DNA of 64,000 nucleotides from Paragordius varius. Its lineage: Eukaryota; Animalia; Nematomorpha. The stretch covers positions 3,720,001 through 3,784,000 of the forward strand of contig OZ176053.1 in assembly GCA_964247055.1 (NCBI GenBank). The letters are read 5' to 3'. Position numbers and translations under genes: made by a program. The notes under the pieces are model-generated. The model was not told where the DNA came from and made no database searches. It saw only the letters and a list, made by a program, of their open reading frames with translations. Position 1 is the first letter of the stretch; every line of letters begins with the position of its first letter. Of the stretch, positions 49,101-61,000 are shown one piece after another.

Positions 49101-52100
49101 TAAAAAAGACATAATTATCTACGAGTATGTTTGGTTTTTATTCATTCATATATCTTAAATCTTTCAAATTTTGTATTTATGAATAGCAAAAAATCAGATT
49201 TGGTAACGATCCTAATTTATCAATTTAAAGGGCTGACCTCTATATATGTCCGCATTATATATAATCTTATTAGGCATGTGATCGTCTTTTAGCCTACAGA
49301 ATCGAACATAAAACCAAAAGTGGTAAGAAAATGGATCTAATCGCTAATCGTTTACGCATTGCGGTGCCCAAAAACATAGTACATTTTATTTTTTACTCAT
49401 CATTATTTATCCAATATTATTTTTTAAGGTAATTTTAAATCCCTTGTTACTTAATAATATTACCGAATCTTAAACTTAAAAACATTTATAAATAAAAATT
49501 AATAAATATGGGATAAAATGTGTTGTTCATCTATGTATATGTATATATATCCTTTATCAACTAACATTAACTTTTCTTATGTAAACTATTTTCTCAAATT
49601 CACTTTTGAATATTTCAAATTGACCTTAAAAAATTTTGTGTTTTCGGGCTAATAACTCATTACCAATATGAAATATATCTTTATGGCTTAGTTTATTATT
49701 TTTTTATTTTAATTTTAAACAAAATTTCCTTTTTTTTTAAAAAAAATATAGATAATTTTGAATCTTAAATAACCATAATTTATTTAAGGTGAATGCGAAT
49801 TGTTCAAGGGTGAATTTAAAATGTAAATGGTATATAATATCTTAAAAATTTAAGTTGGTGTAATACTTGTTTAAAATGAATCACATGTACTTTATTATTC
49901 ATAAAAACAACTATTTATGAATCTTTACTACTAACCAATATAAAAAGATTAAAAAGGCCCGTGAACCATTTATACCAGCAAAAGCTTTACAGCGCTTAGA
50001 ATTAAGGAGAGAAGCAAATAATCGCGTTACGCAAATGCTTGAAGAGAATATACATGACACTAAAATTGATATGGATGAACTTAGGTCCGAAATGATGATG
50101 GAAGCTGCTGAAGCTAAAAAATTGGTATTTATATTTTTTTGCAAAATTTCCAATAATTTTATTTTTTAAATTACCGAATTTCGTTCACCACAAATGCACT
50201 CCAAACAAAGTAAAAAGTTTACCAATATAGTTACTGCACCTTACTATGAGAACTTGATAATAGCTCTGACAAAACATATTTTTTGATTTTTATATTTAAA
50301 TCATAATTATTTTTATCCACCAAATTATTATCTTTGATGGGTATGATAATTCTATCCACCAATAATTATTTTTCTGATTCATTTTTTTGTCTTAAAAAAC
50401 TATGAATTTAAAAATAAATCGAAATTTGATAAAAAAAATTGTCAAAAATTTTGCAATTACCAATGTAAATATTAATCAGACATCACTTTCCACTTGATAG
50501 TGGTTGGCCTAACTCAATATTTATTTTGTTTGAAAATACCATCTATTTCGAATAACTCCTGTCTGGGCACTTAGACCATTAGAGAAAGTTTGATACATAA
50601 TTGTATATAAAAGTAATGGATTTTAGAAATTAAGCTTTTAAGTAGTTATAATTATATTATGTGTTTATTTTTTTACCAAACTTAACTATTCTTTGTTGGG
50701 GTAATATTTTTCAGAATCATCGAATTGCTGCAAGATTTTGCCTTTTTATGCATCATGCCTTTTTATATTATCTACCTTTTCAATAACACCATTTGTATTG
50801 TTAACACCAGTGGTATTCATCAAAAAATTTTGAAGGGTTAAAAAAAAATTTTCCTTGTCTCATTGGCCGTATGAAAATATTTTAAGGCTGTTTGACCTAT
50901 TTGCAAACATTTCTACTCCAAATAAGTACATCAAAAAATTATATATTTCAGGACCATAAAAAGAACTTGTAAGGCCGCATTCGACCCGTAGGCCGCGGTC
51001 TGAGTGCCACTAGTTTAGACTTATTATAATTTTCGCAATATCATATTTTCGATAAATAGATTCGTTTCATAATAAACCTATTTTATTTATTTAGGAAAAA
51101 GATATTGAACAGGAAGAAGGTGATGATTATGTGTTAGATTTGAAAAAACGGTATGATTTGCCAAACCCTGATCATAAGTATGATGCTATTCCTGAAATTT
51201 GGGAAGGAAAAAATATTGCTGATTTCATCGATCCAGATATAATGAAGGTTGCGGAATCTTAATTAGAGTCATTTTTTTATAAAACAATTCTTTTTTGGCC
51301 TTAATATAGCAATAGAATCGAATCACCTTAAATGTATAATAAATTGTTTTTTCTTTAGAGATTGGAGGAATTGGAACAAGACGAAGAATTTAAAGTATCC
51401 TCCGGTTTTTATGACGACTATGAAGATTTCGAAGATGAGGAAAAATATGAAAGCATCAAAGATTTGGCTAAGAAGTAAGTTAATTTTTAACTCTTTTGCA
51501 ACACAATTTGGATGTAAAATTTTAATAATTTTTGTAATCAAAAAGATTCCCTTTCACGATTATAATGCGACATTATGTCTTCGTGCGTATAAAAGTTCTC
51601 ATAATTTTGTGGTAAATTAGAATAGATCGCAAACAACATTGAATTTCTGTTTTTTCAACCATATATATATTTTTTTGACCATTGCATGAGTTCCTTTGTC
51701 TCATAAAAATATAAAGGGTTAAAATTTGTTTTCAGACTTTTATTATTCATTATTTAGTTTATACCAATTTTTTATCATTTATTTTTTGACCTGGTATATA
51801 GGATTCGTAACAAAAAAATGTTGATTATGGCTGAAAGTCGAAGAAATAAATTTAGCAATAAACGGCGTTTGCCTCGAAATAAGGTGGCTAAGAACGCGAC
51901 TGCTGCTGAAGAGCTTCAAGAACACATGGCTGATTTGGGAGCCACGCATTTGAAAGCGATTGATTTCGTAAATTTTCTTGCTTTTTATATTGTTTTACCT
52001 CATGGTAATCGTATTTTACAAATTAAAAAATTTTTCTTAATAAATCTATATATTTTATTGTTAAAACTTATCTAAGTTACACAATTAAGAATCGATGGTT

Positions 52101-53066
52101 TTACAGCAAAAACATTTGCCTAGATTTGCGTATAAAAAGTTTGCAAATACATTATTAGATTATTTCAGTTTCTATATAAATACGGAATTACTAAGTATAA
52201 ACATGCAATTTTTAATTTCCTTTTATAAGTTGATTTATAAACGCTTTAGAAAAATCTTAACAAATCTAACATACGAAAACGCAAACGTTATTTTACTATG
52301 GATGAAGACGATGCCGATAACATTAATGATGATTCCATGGAAGTTGACAATACAAATAAAGGTTTATTACTGTTTGATTACAGCGAATTAATTGTTGTAA
52401 AATCCTGATTTTTATATTACAATTACTATAGCGTTCATCAATTAATTTCTATCATTTTTAGGTAATTTGCAATTACAATTGCGCGGCAAAAAACGGAAAC
52501 ACATGGCTTTGATGGGAGTTCAACCATCGAAAAATGCAACCGGAACTAAAAAAATGACTTTAGTCAAAAAGGCAAGAATAGACCCGGCCACAGGAGCAGT
52601 TTCTAGTAATATACGTGGCCCGCTGCGGAGAGATCTGCAAGGAATTCGGGATAGAGAGGTTTTTTTATTTATATTACCTTATTGCTTGTTGGTATTTCAA
52701 GATAAAGTTCGATTGTACTTAAATTGTTTTAATTTTAGTGTTTGACAAACCTCCCTAGTTAACGATAATCATAATTTTATATATATTCGATTTTTTACGA
52801 ATTTACATAATTCCAATTAAGATTTTATAATAACTCATGAAAAATCAACGAATTGATGTTTTTTACATATACTCTAAGTTTTTTGACTAATAATTTTTTT
52901 TTAATTGCAAAAGATGAAACTTCAAGTTGATCGAATGAGTCAAAAAGCTCTCATTCCATTTAACATGGATGGTCGGGTAGGTGAAGCTGATCGCCATATT
53001 CATGATTGGAAACCAAAACATTTGTTTTCCGGAAAACGAAAAATGGGTAAAACTCAAAGGCGTTAA
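46199..53066 (+). CDS. GTPBP4: Nucleolar GTP-binding protein 1 (NOG1), 16 exons, 761 aa
   Basis: Exons 46199-46246, 46269-46375, 46398-46649, 46747-46900, 46973-47065, 47484-47633, 47709-47750, 48577-48837, 49274-49378, 49948-50124, 51095-51247, 51359-51474, 51802-51967, 52250-52361, 52462-52658, 52914-53066 (2286 nt). [25 protein letters not shown] (G1), YAFTTKS (G2), DTPG (G3), NKID (G4), C-terminal [28 protein letters not shown]. Confidence 0.97.
47810..48084. mobile_element. hAT MITE in GTPBP4 intron 7
   Basis: TIRs CAGGGGTGCCCAAC / GTTAGACACCCCTG; flanks ATTTAGAT / TTTAGACT (TSD-like, offset by one base). Confidence 0.85.
49595..49832. mobile_element. Family A MITE copy in GTPBP4 intron 9
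   Basis: caaattcac tandem units on the left, tgtgttttcgggctaataactc, and inverted units ending AAATGGTA at 49832. Confidence 0.6.
50808..51012. mobile_element. hAT MITE in GTPBP4 intron 10
   Basis: TIRs CAGTGGTATTCA / TGAGTGCCACTA; flanks GTTAACAC / GTTTAGAC; similar right ends near 57450 and at 63785. Confidence 0.7.
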
Positions 53067-53239
53067 ACATTACATTTTTTTCATAATATATGTCTAGAAT
53101 AAATTGTAATAAATTTATTTCAAACGTTGACGAAATTCATTTTTGCTATATTGCATTAAGCATGTGCAAAAATGGTTAAAAAAATAAATTTTGTTTACCC
53201 TAAAAATTATAATTAATACAATTAAAATTTATTTCGATT

Positions 53240-53540
53240 CATAGGGTTGATTGAAAAGTCAAACAAATGGTCACTTTTTTTTATTGATTGATTTTTTCAT
53301 AGTCGTTTGACAAGCAGAAGTTTTGAGAGCGCTTTTTATGCGTTTCGGTCCTTTGTGATTGCCAACGGTGAAAGTAAGTTGTACGTAAATTATTGCGTTT
53401 CAGTATTTCAAGATATATCTTAGGTGTGTTGTCGCATCATGTGAACTAAGATAGCGAATTTATCATCATTATATATTATGTGCTATGTTTGGTTTAATTT
53501 TAGTTCGGTATAGAAAACTTATCTGCTAGTCATTTAGTGT
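53240..53540 (+). mobile_element. Possible mariner/Tc1 5' remnant
   Basis: AGGGTTGATTGAAAAGT resembles mariner TIR starts and is followed by GC-elevated leader-like sequence; no intact ORF. Confidence 0.3.
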
Positions 53541-53847
53541 TTGGCATCCATTTTTTATTTTTTTGGTAAAATATCAATTTTAAAATTTATAAAGCATGAC
53601 TGTTTTGTTTATGATAGTTAAACAGGAGTCATAAAAAATTTAGTTCACTCTTTGTAAGCGGAAAAAATGCTACACAGTGCGCACAAAATTATATATAATA
53701 TAATATATATATGTATCATTCCATAATTGAGAACTTCAGTATGCCGAATTTTTATGATAAAAGCGGTTATAAAAAATAAAAAGTTATTTTCTGCAAAAAG
53801 TCGAAAAATGTATTTGTTTGATAGATTAATATAGAGGAGACCCTTAA

Positions 53848-54389
53848 CACTCCATTACTTTTAGGGTAGTTTTATATCCTAGAGCGATTTGAAATTGAAC
53901 ATCTAAAAAAGTATATAAGGTGTTAAGCCGAATTTGATTATTTCTCTTTAGCCTTTTAGCATTATGCAAAAAAGTTATTTTTTAAAAAAATGTAAAATTA
54001 TAAAAAATAATTATCTTAAACTTTTTTCCGACATTTTTTTCTATAATTTTATTTAAATCGCTAATGCAACAGTTAAATAAATCCATATTATGGTTTGAAA
54101 ATGTGAAGGATTAACATTAAAAAGCTTAAAAGCTTATATTTTTCCAGAAAAAAATGATATATTTTGATTTTAATATTAGGTGTTCGTTTCAATTATGCTT
54201 TCGAGTTGTAACTCTAGAAGTTACAAAACTGTAAACAATATAAGCTTCTTTATCTAATTCATGAGAACAATGATTGATAATCAAATTTTAACTAAACTTT
54301 TAAAACTGTAGTTTAAGTACAAATTTGACCTATGGGATATACTACCCCAATATGTAAAATAGGATAAAAAGTTAAGGGGTAATTAAGTG
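53848..54389 (+). mobile_element. piggyBac-like MITE family B, near-complete
   Basis: TTAA|CACTCCATTACTTTTAGGGTAG ... CTACCCC ... AAGTG|TTAG. Confidence 0.7.
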
Positions 54390-55078
54390 TTAGTTCTCAA
54401 AACGAATTAATACAATTTTTTAATATATGTAAATGTAGCCAATTTATCGTTCTAGTAAATTATTTAAGATTATGATAAATGTATATTTTTAATAATAGGT
54501 ATCCACGGGAGTGATGTAAATATATAAATCTCTTTAAACAAATTTTTTTACTAAAATCTGCCAATTTTTGTTTTGATAATACTAAAAAATATAATTCCAG
54601 GTACTAAACCGAGAATTTAATTGTGTAGGATTTCATTCGGTTGTTAACTTCATTGGTTTTAAACTTTTTTCCCACATACACTTCTAATAACCATTTTTGG
54701 GTAAGATGATTTTATATATGTCTAAGAATATCGCCCCAGATGAAAGCTTTAATTGGTTTTTGTTACAAATATGGTTTTTAACCAAAGACACTAATATTTA
54801 TAAGATAATAATAATAGTTTAAGTAAATTTGCACAATTAATACACAAAATAACTTGAAATTATAGGTATATTCTGATATAATAATAATCTATCAGAGATG
54901 CTTTTTGTCGGGCTTAAGAATGTAAAAAGAAAGTTAATTTACTCTATCAAAATACTAGCGCACATTATGGTGATGAAAACTAATTGCTTCTTCCCAAAAA
55001 TATCATTAAAATATAATCAAATATTAAACATGCATAAAATCGGGGGGTATATAAAGTATGTGGGGATATATATATATA

Positions 55079-56036
55079 GGGTGGGGTGATAAAAAAGTGG
55101 CAAGCGTGGCAAGTTGAGCAAGTTTACTTAAGCCAGCAAGTGTACACTTGAAGATCGGTGATAAAAAATACACTTAAGTCAAGTCTTTTGCTTGTAAATG
55201 TAACATTTTTTTGCCAACCAATTCGAATTTTACAGAATTTTTTTTGATCATTTTCAGCCAAAATTTATGAAATAAGGCACAAAAAGATAAACAATTAATA
55301 CAACATGCATAATGACGTTTCTTATTTAATATTGTAGAATTTTTTAAATATCGAGCCTAATAATAATTTTTAGATTGATGAAATCGCCCTTAAAATACTT
55401 TCCATTTCTTTATCACATTACATTTGTTTGGAATCCGTTGGCAAATATAATGGGAAGATGTTTATACAACATAACATAATTATTAAAAAACATTACATTC
55501 GAAATAAATTTATGATAAAATAAATTCTTTACATTGATTAATAGTGAAGCAACCTTTTGCTTTTAATAAGCGAAGATTTGAAACAAGATTAATATTTAAT
55601 TATTAAATTTTTGAGAATTTAATTTTTTTGCGGTCACGGAATCGATATATTTAGCATATTTTTATATGCCCTGTTTTTTATTTAGCAGAGTTTTTCTATA
55701 AATTTATCCTCTTTTGTATCCACCCATTGAATAGATTCCAAAATTAATCAAATTAAAAATTTATAGCATTAACAAAGGTTTGAATTACATACAACCTAAA
55801 TTTTATATATAAATAGTTACCAAAATAATTTTATACATATTATCTGTCAAGTGTGCCCTACACCACACTTGCAAAATCTTTAAGTTTTACTTGATCATAT
55901 GATTTTTTATCACCTCCTTATCAAGTTTTCTTGCTTGACTTAAGTCGTGTAATGTTAAATTTTTTTATCACAAGAAAGCAAGCTGTGACTTGAAAAACTT
56001 GCAAGTCAAGTCATAAAATTTTTTATCACCCAACCC
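55079..56036. mobile_element. Non-autonomous TIR element (~960 bp, hAT-like)
   Basis: TIRs GGGTGGGGTGATAAAAAA / TTTTTTATCACCCAACCC; many subterminal (G/T)CAAGT and TGATAAAAAA repeats; inserted in a TA-rich tract, so the TSD is ambiguous. Confidence 0.8.
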
Positions 56037-56363
56037 ATATAATAAATAGATGATTGTATGAGATTTCTCACGGTTTTGGTTTTCGGGTTTATAAGTAATA
56101 TAAGAAAGTTTGCCACTTTTGTGGCAACTACTAACTAGAAAACAGAAAAATTTTATTCTTTGATAAATATGGTAAAAGCTAAATCAATGGTACCCACCAA
56201 AAAAATATGGCGGGCAGAATTTAATTATGCTTTTGAAGGACCATATATAACGATATTGCATAGCTTTGAGATACATACTCAATGTCCACGAAAAATACAT
56301 ATTAATAGGAAAATTATCAGTATATTGATATGGTGCTGAATTTGACACCTACAAGTGATTTGA

Positions 56364-56801
56364 CACTTCGATTCAAATAGGGGTCTCTAAGTTCTAAATT
56401 AAATTTATTATTTTTAAAAAACAACAAAAGGAAACGGTCCCTATTTAAATTTGTGCTTCTATCCTAATAAAATTATATAGATAAGCTAAAATATTCAGAA
56501 CAATTTCGTTTAAAAAAATTTCAAGTCAAACTACGGCCATTTTTTTGCAAATTTTTGCAAAATATCGTGTTCATTTATTTTTAAAGGTATAATTAAAGCT
56601 AGTTATATTTTTAAATCACATATATCATCAATAGAAATATGAAAAGTGGTTTAATTATTTTCAATTGAGACAGTGCACACATGTCTCGTTGATTAAGTTC
56701 TTATCTTTAGGTTTTACAATCAAATAATTTTAAACAGGCCTGACGTATCCAACTACCCCAATTTAAATCAAAGGACTGAAATCAAGTGATGTTTTCAAGT
56801 G
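56364..56801 (+). mobile_element. piggyBac-like MITE family C
   Basis: TTGA|CACTTCGATTCAAATAGGGG ... TACCCCAATTTAAATCAAAG ... CAAGTG|TTGA; the same 4-bp flank on both sides. Confidence 0.8.
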
Positions 56802-57509
56802 TTGAATAAGTTATTATTTTGTAGAAACTTCTCCGTCAGAAGATGGCAAAATTGGCTAATTCTTGAAAAAACATTCTTTGATGTAAATATTTAGAATATA
56901 ATTAAATTTTTTGTGGTACATACTCGGTCATATTTATTTTAATAATCCCATTTAGGAAGAATTTGATACTTTCGGAGTCTACCTCTAAAATTTAAAATTT
57001 CATAAAAATATTAGTTGCTTTTATGGAATGCAAACTTTGGTTATATATTTTGGTATGACGTTAGCTTTCATCAAATTTAATTTAACCATATGTACTCTAA
57101 TTTTACCATTTTCGATATGAATCTGTTACCACAAAAGTGTAAATAACTTTTTTAAATCATTGGTAAGGGCCCAAACGAATAATGATAATCCTAATATAAT
57201 TTCCTCTCAAAATCGATATCATATTTGGCTGATTCTGTGTAATAACATATCCGCACAAAATAAATTTTTATACGATAAAAATCTTATATCAAAAGAACGA
57301 AAATTATTTTGAATTCTAAAAAATAAATAACTGTCTAAAGTTGTTTTCTATTATATAAATTTATTTAATAAAATATGAGTATGAATGATTCAGGACCATA
57401 AGAAAGCATCTTTAGGTCTGTATGGGGCCTGTTATTCGTGGTTTGAGTATCACTTACACTTTTTTAGATTTTTCGTGTTTTGAACTACGCTAAAACTAGA
57501 AAAACAATT

Positions 57510-57850
57510 TAATTAACTCAATTCAATTTGTGGCATCTAACCTCAGATTACATTTAAGTTAATTTTGAAAACTAATGCAAAAAACGGTTTTAATTTAATT
57601 TACTTGTATCGTAATAAAAATCATATAAATATGCCAAAAAATCTAAATAATATTTAGCATTGAGAAAAAAATTATATCAAACCACTAGGATGCCATTTTT
57701 ATTATAAACATAAATATGAATTTATTTTGCATTATTTTTCAATGGTTTTATTTTTTTCATATTTTCAAAAATATTTGATAAACATGCCTGGAGTCCCCAA
57801 CGACCGCAATTTGTATTTGATGACTGAAATGAATGTGTTGTATCCAAGTG
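57510..57850 (+). mobile_element. Family C MITE (diverged), plus an extra right-end fragment at ~57911-57975
   Basis: Ends gactgaaatgaatgtgttgtatccAAGTG|TTAG at 57850; body motifs match the 19213 copy. Confidence 0.65.
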
Positions 57851-58030
57851 TTAGGTAAAAAGTTTTAAAATATCTTTAATATATTTACTTTTTCAAAAAT
57901 ATTTTATTTTAAACAGGCCCATCGTCAACTACTCAAATTGTATCTGAGGACTGTAGATATGATTTTTATCCAATACATATCCCTGCTTACACAACATTTT
58001 CATGCATTTTTTGGTTAGGAACCGGTAGGC

Positions 58031-61000
58031 ATGTCTGATCTTACAAGATATCGGGATCAAAATGAATCTTCATCAGAGTGGAACTATCGAAAATCTTTTT
58101 TAGAATATTATTACGAAGAATACAAAAATAATATAAATTATTTAATCTGTTTATCTAAAATATATTCAAATATGAAATATCTTGGTTGCAGGTGATTCAA
58201 TATGTTATTTTTTAGTTATGCAGTTTTGATGCAAGAAAAAGTTAAAGACATGGCTAAATTATTGCAATCGGGTAAGGATATTAATTTATAGTAGATCAAT
58301 AAAACTATTATAGATAAAGTTTTAGACTCAAATATCTTAAATAATATAATCGATAATAAATTACCGAAAATAAATATTAATTATCTGCAAGAAAAAGGTT
58401 TGAACTTGGATGAATCAATAGTCCCTTCAAATAATTATAAATTGCTTGCCAAAAATAATTTGTATAAAATTTTTGAAAACACAAACAAAAATATACCCAA
58501 CATTTCTAAATTAAAGTATCTATAACAAATTACTTTTAAGCGAAATATTTAATTTGGATGAGTTTCCTTTCTTCATCGCCCAGAACAGTATTGTATTAAA
58601 AAGCTATTTTTCTGCCACATTTGATATAGTTATGGATGAAAAAGGATTTTTGTATATTTTTTGGTAATGAATAATTAGTGGTGTTGTTTATGTGAATGGT
58701 TATGAAATATCCAGTGCGGGTCCATTATCATCTAAACAAGAAGTTCAAAATATTTTAACCAGACATGTCTTAAACGTTTTCCAATTTTTTTGCCCCTTTA
58801 TAATTGAAGTAATTGTATTATTAACAAATTTTAGAAACAAGTTTTACCACAATCCAATTACAATCAAATTTTTGGTGCCATAGATCCAACCACGGTAAGA
58901 TATTAATTATAAAACCTTTTGATGTTGCCAAATTTTTAATTATAAATTACAAAAATCGGTTTGGCGCACGTACATACCAAGCTTAATTCGAAAACAAATG
59001 TAAGGTTATACATTTTAATAGTTACTTGAAAAAATAAATCAAAAGTTAAAATATAATTTTAAGTAGTAGGGCTTATCGGTTATGGATGTACTCATGCCTA
59101 TTAATTTTAGACTTAAAATAACTAGTTGTAAACCTTGTTGCGTTTACTTATGATTAAAATATAAATAATAAAATTATGTCGTTACGATGTGATAAATTTT
59201 TTATCAAGTTAACCAGGTGTAGTCAAAAATTTAAATATAATTATCGACAGTAGGGCTTACAAGTTATGGAAGCACTCATGACTATTAATTTAGGCTCATA
59301 AAATAGCTAGTTGTAAACCTTTCATCTACTTTTACTTATAATTAAAATTAGAAAAAAAATAAATATAAAATTATGTCTGTTACGATTTGATATTATTTTT
59401 ATCAGGGTAACCAGGTGTAGTCAAAAGTCTTTTTCGGGTTTTTGGTAAATAAACCTAATTTCAATCAAAAATCAATTATTTAATCCTGCGTGTGGCCAAT
59501 TAATGCGAAGGGATAATAGTTTAAACGCCTGGTTAGGAGAGTACGGCAGATGCGGTAGAATTTCTCATCTAAGCGCTTTTAAGATTTTTCACGGGTTTCA
59601 CATGTGAGACTGACAGCAAAATCTTTTTGCACTGACTTCTGACCCATTCCCGTTTTTTGATTAATGTATGATTTGAATTAATTTTGGGTTGGCGATAGCC
59701 TTTTACGTTTCCCAGTGCTTCAAAATTTTCGAATGTACAATACCCCTCTGGTCTCATCAGACACGGAGAATGGTCTTTTTGCCGTAGCGATTTGGCTTTG
59801 GTACTGCTGAATGGCTCTCGTGAAAGCCAATATTTCTACCACTTACCCGTAACTTAAGGCAATAACGAGTTCTTTTGCTTGAAGCAGGATATCACAAGTC
59901 AATTTGCGATTTTGGGTTTGCTTTCACATAAATTGTATTGAACCCATATACGGAGTGTATTGGTTTTCCCATTGCTCATAGACATAAATGTTTTCGTCAT
60001 ACATAAAAAATCCTGGAAGTTGCCCTATAAAAACTCTTTTTATAACATTCGAAATTGTGTGGTCTACCATATAATTCACATTCATCAACTTTTAATTTTC
60101 GAAACCATGTTTCAAATGTTATCTATGAAGTATCTTCATCAATATTTCTACCAGCAATCGATATCAACATTTTTCTTTTAATGTTATAAATAGGTGCCGC
60201 AAATATTCAATTTCAGACACAAAATTAGAAATGGTTACTGAATGATAATAACTTCTTGAATGATCAAATATCATTAATGTGTTTACTGATACCAACTTTA
60301 TTTTAACTTGTTCAACTGCTGCTTAGTGCTGCTTTGTCTAACACAATGATACATTGTTGCTTGCTCAATGGTTTAGTAAAGTTGGTGTAGTTTTTTCAAG
60401 ATATAAAAAAATTTATTATGCTAATTTACCATTACCAAAAACGTTCTTAGTTCTTTTTTATTTTTCATGTAGTTGTATATTGTGGCTTTAAATTTATCTG
60501 ACGGGCGCGTACCGAATCTGTCTAAATTATAATTAATTTATTTATTTTGTTTATGAACCGCATCGCATTTCTATGTTCTGTATTATCAACTTCAGGAATT
60601 ACAACGTCATCTAAATAGACAATCGAAATTTTTGCGTTTTTCAGCAAACTTTATAGAAACATTTAGAAAATGATTGGAATTCATGTAAAACTAAACGGCG
60701 ACTTTCAATTCGTAATAATTTTAAGGCCTCGTTAATCGGTAATTGTAAGGCGTCGCAAAGGTCAATTACTCTAAATGCTGATTTTTTATTTTATTAAGAA
60801 ATATATACCGAATAATATCGGATTCATTGTTGCAACCCGCGTGGGTTCGGATCCCTTTTTCGTCGCCAGTAAGGATATGATAATTTTATTTATTCAGGAA
60901 ATAATGTTTTGTACGAGTTGATCACAGATGTGTCATAAAAATGTGTATAAATAATTACAACACAAAAATATCAAATGTGTATTGTTAATATGCGTAAATG

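Noticed and set aside
59725-59765. CTGATGA...GAAA on the minus strand as a third hammerhead
   Set aside because: No stem II pairing and no stem III/NUH arrangement.
59980-60060. Peptide NVIKRVFIGQLP resembling a Polinton major capsid motif
   Set aside because: Only a few residues match, adjacent sequence does not continue the motif, and the LTR plus PBS context explains the region better.
60838-60868. tRNA gene
   Set aside because: Only the 3' third is present, CCA is encoded, and it abuts an LTR end; treated as a PBS.
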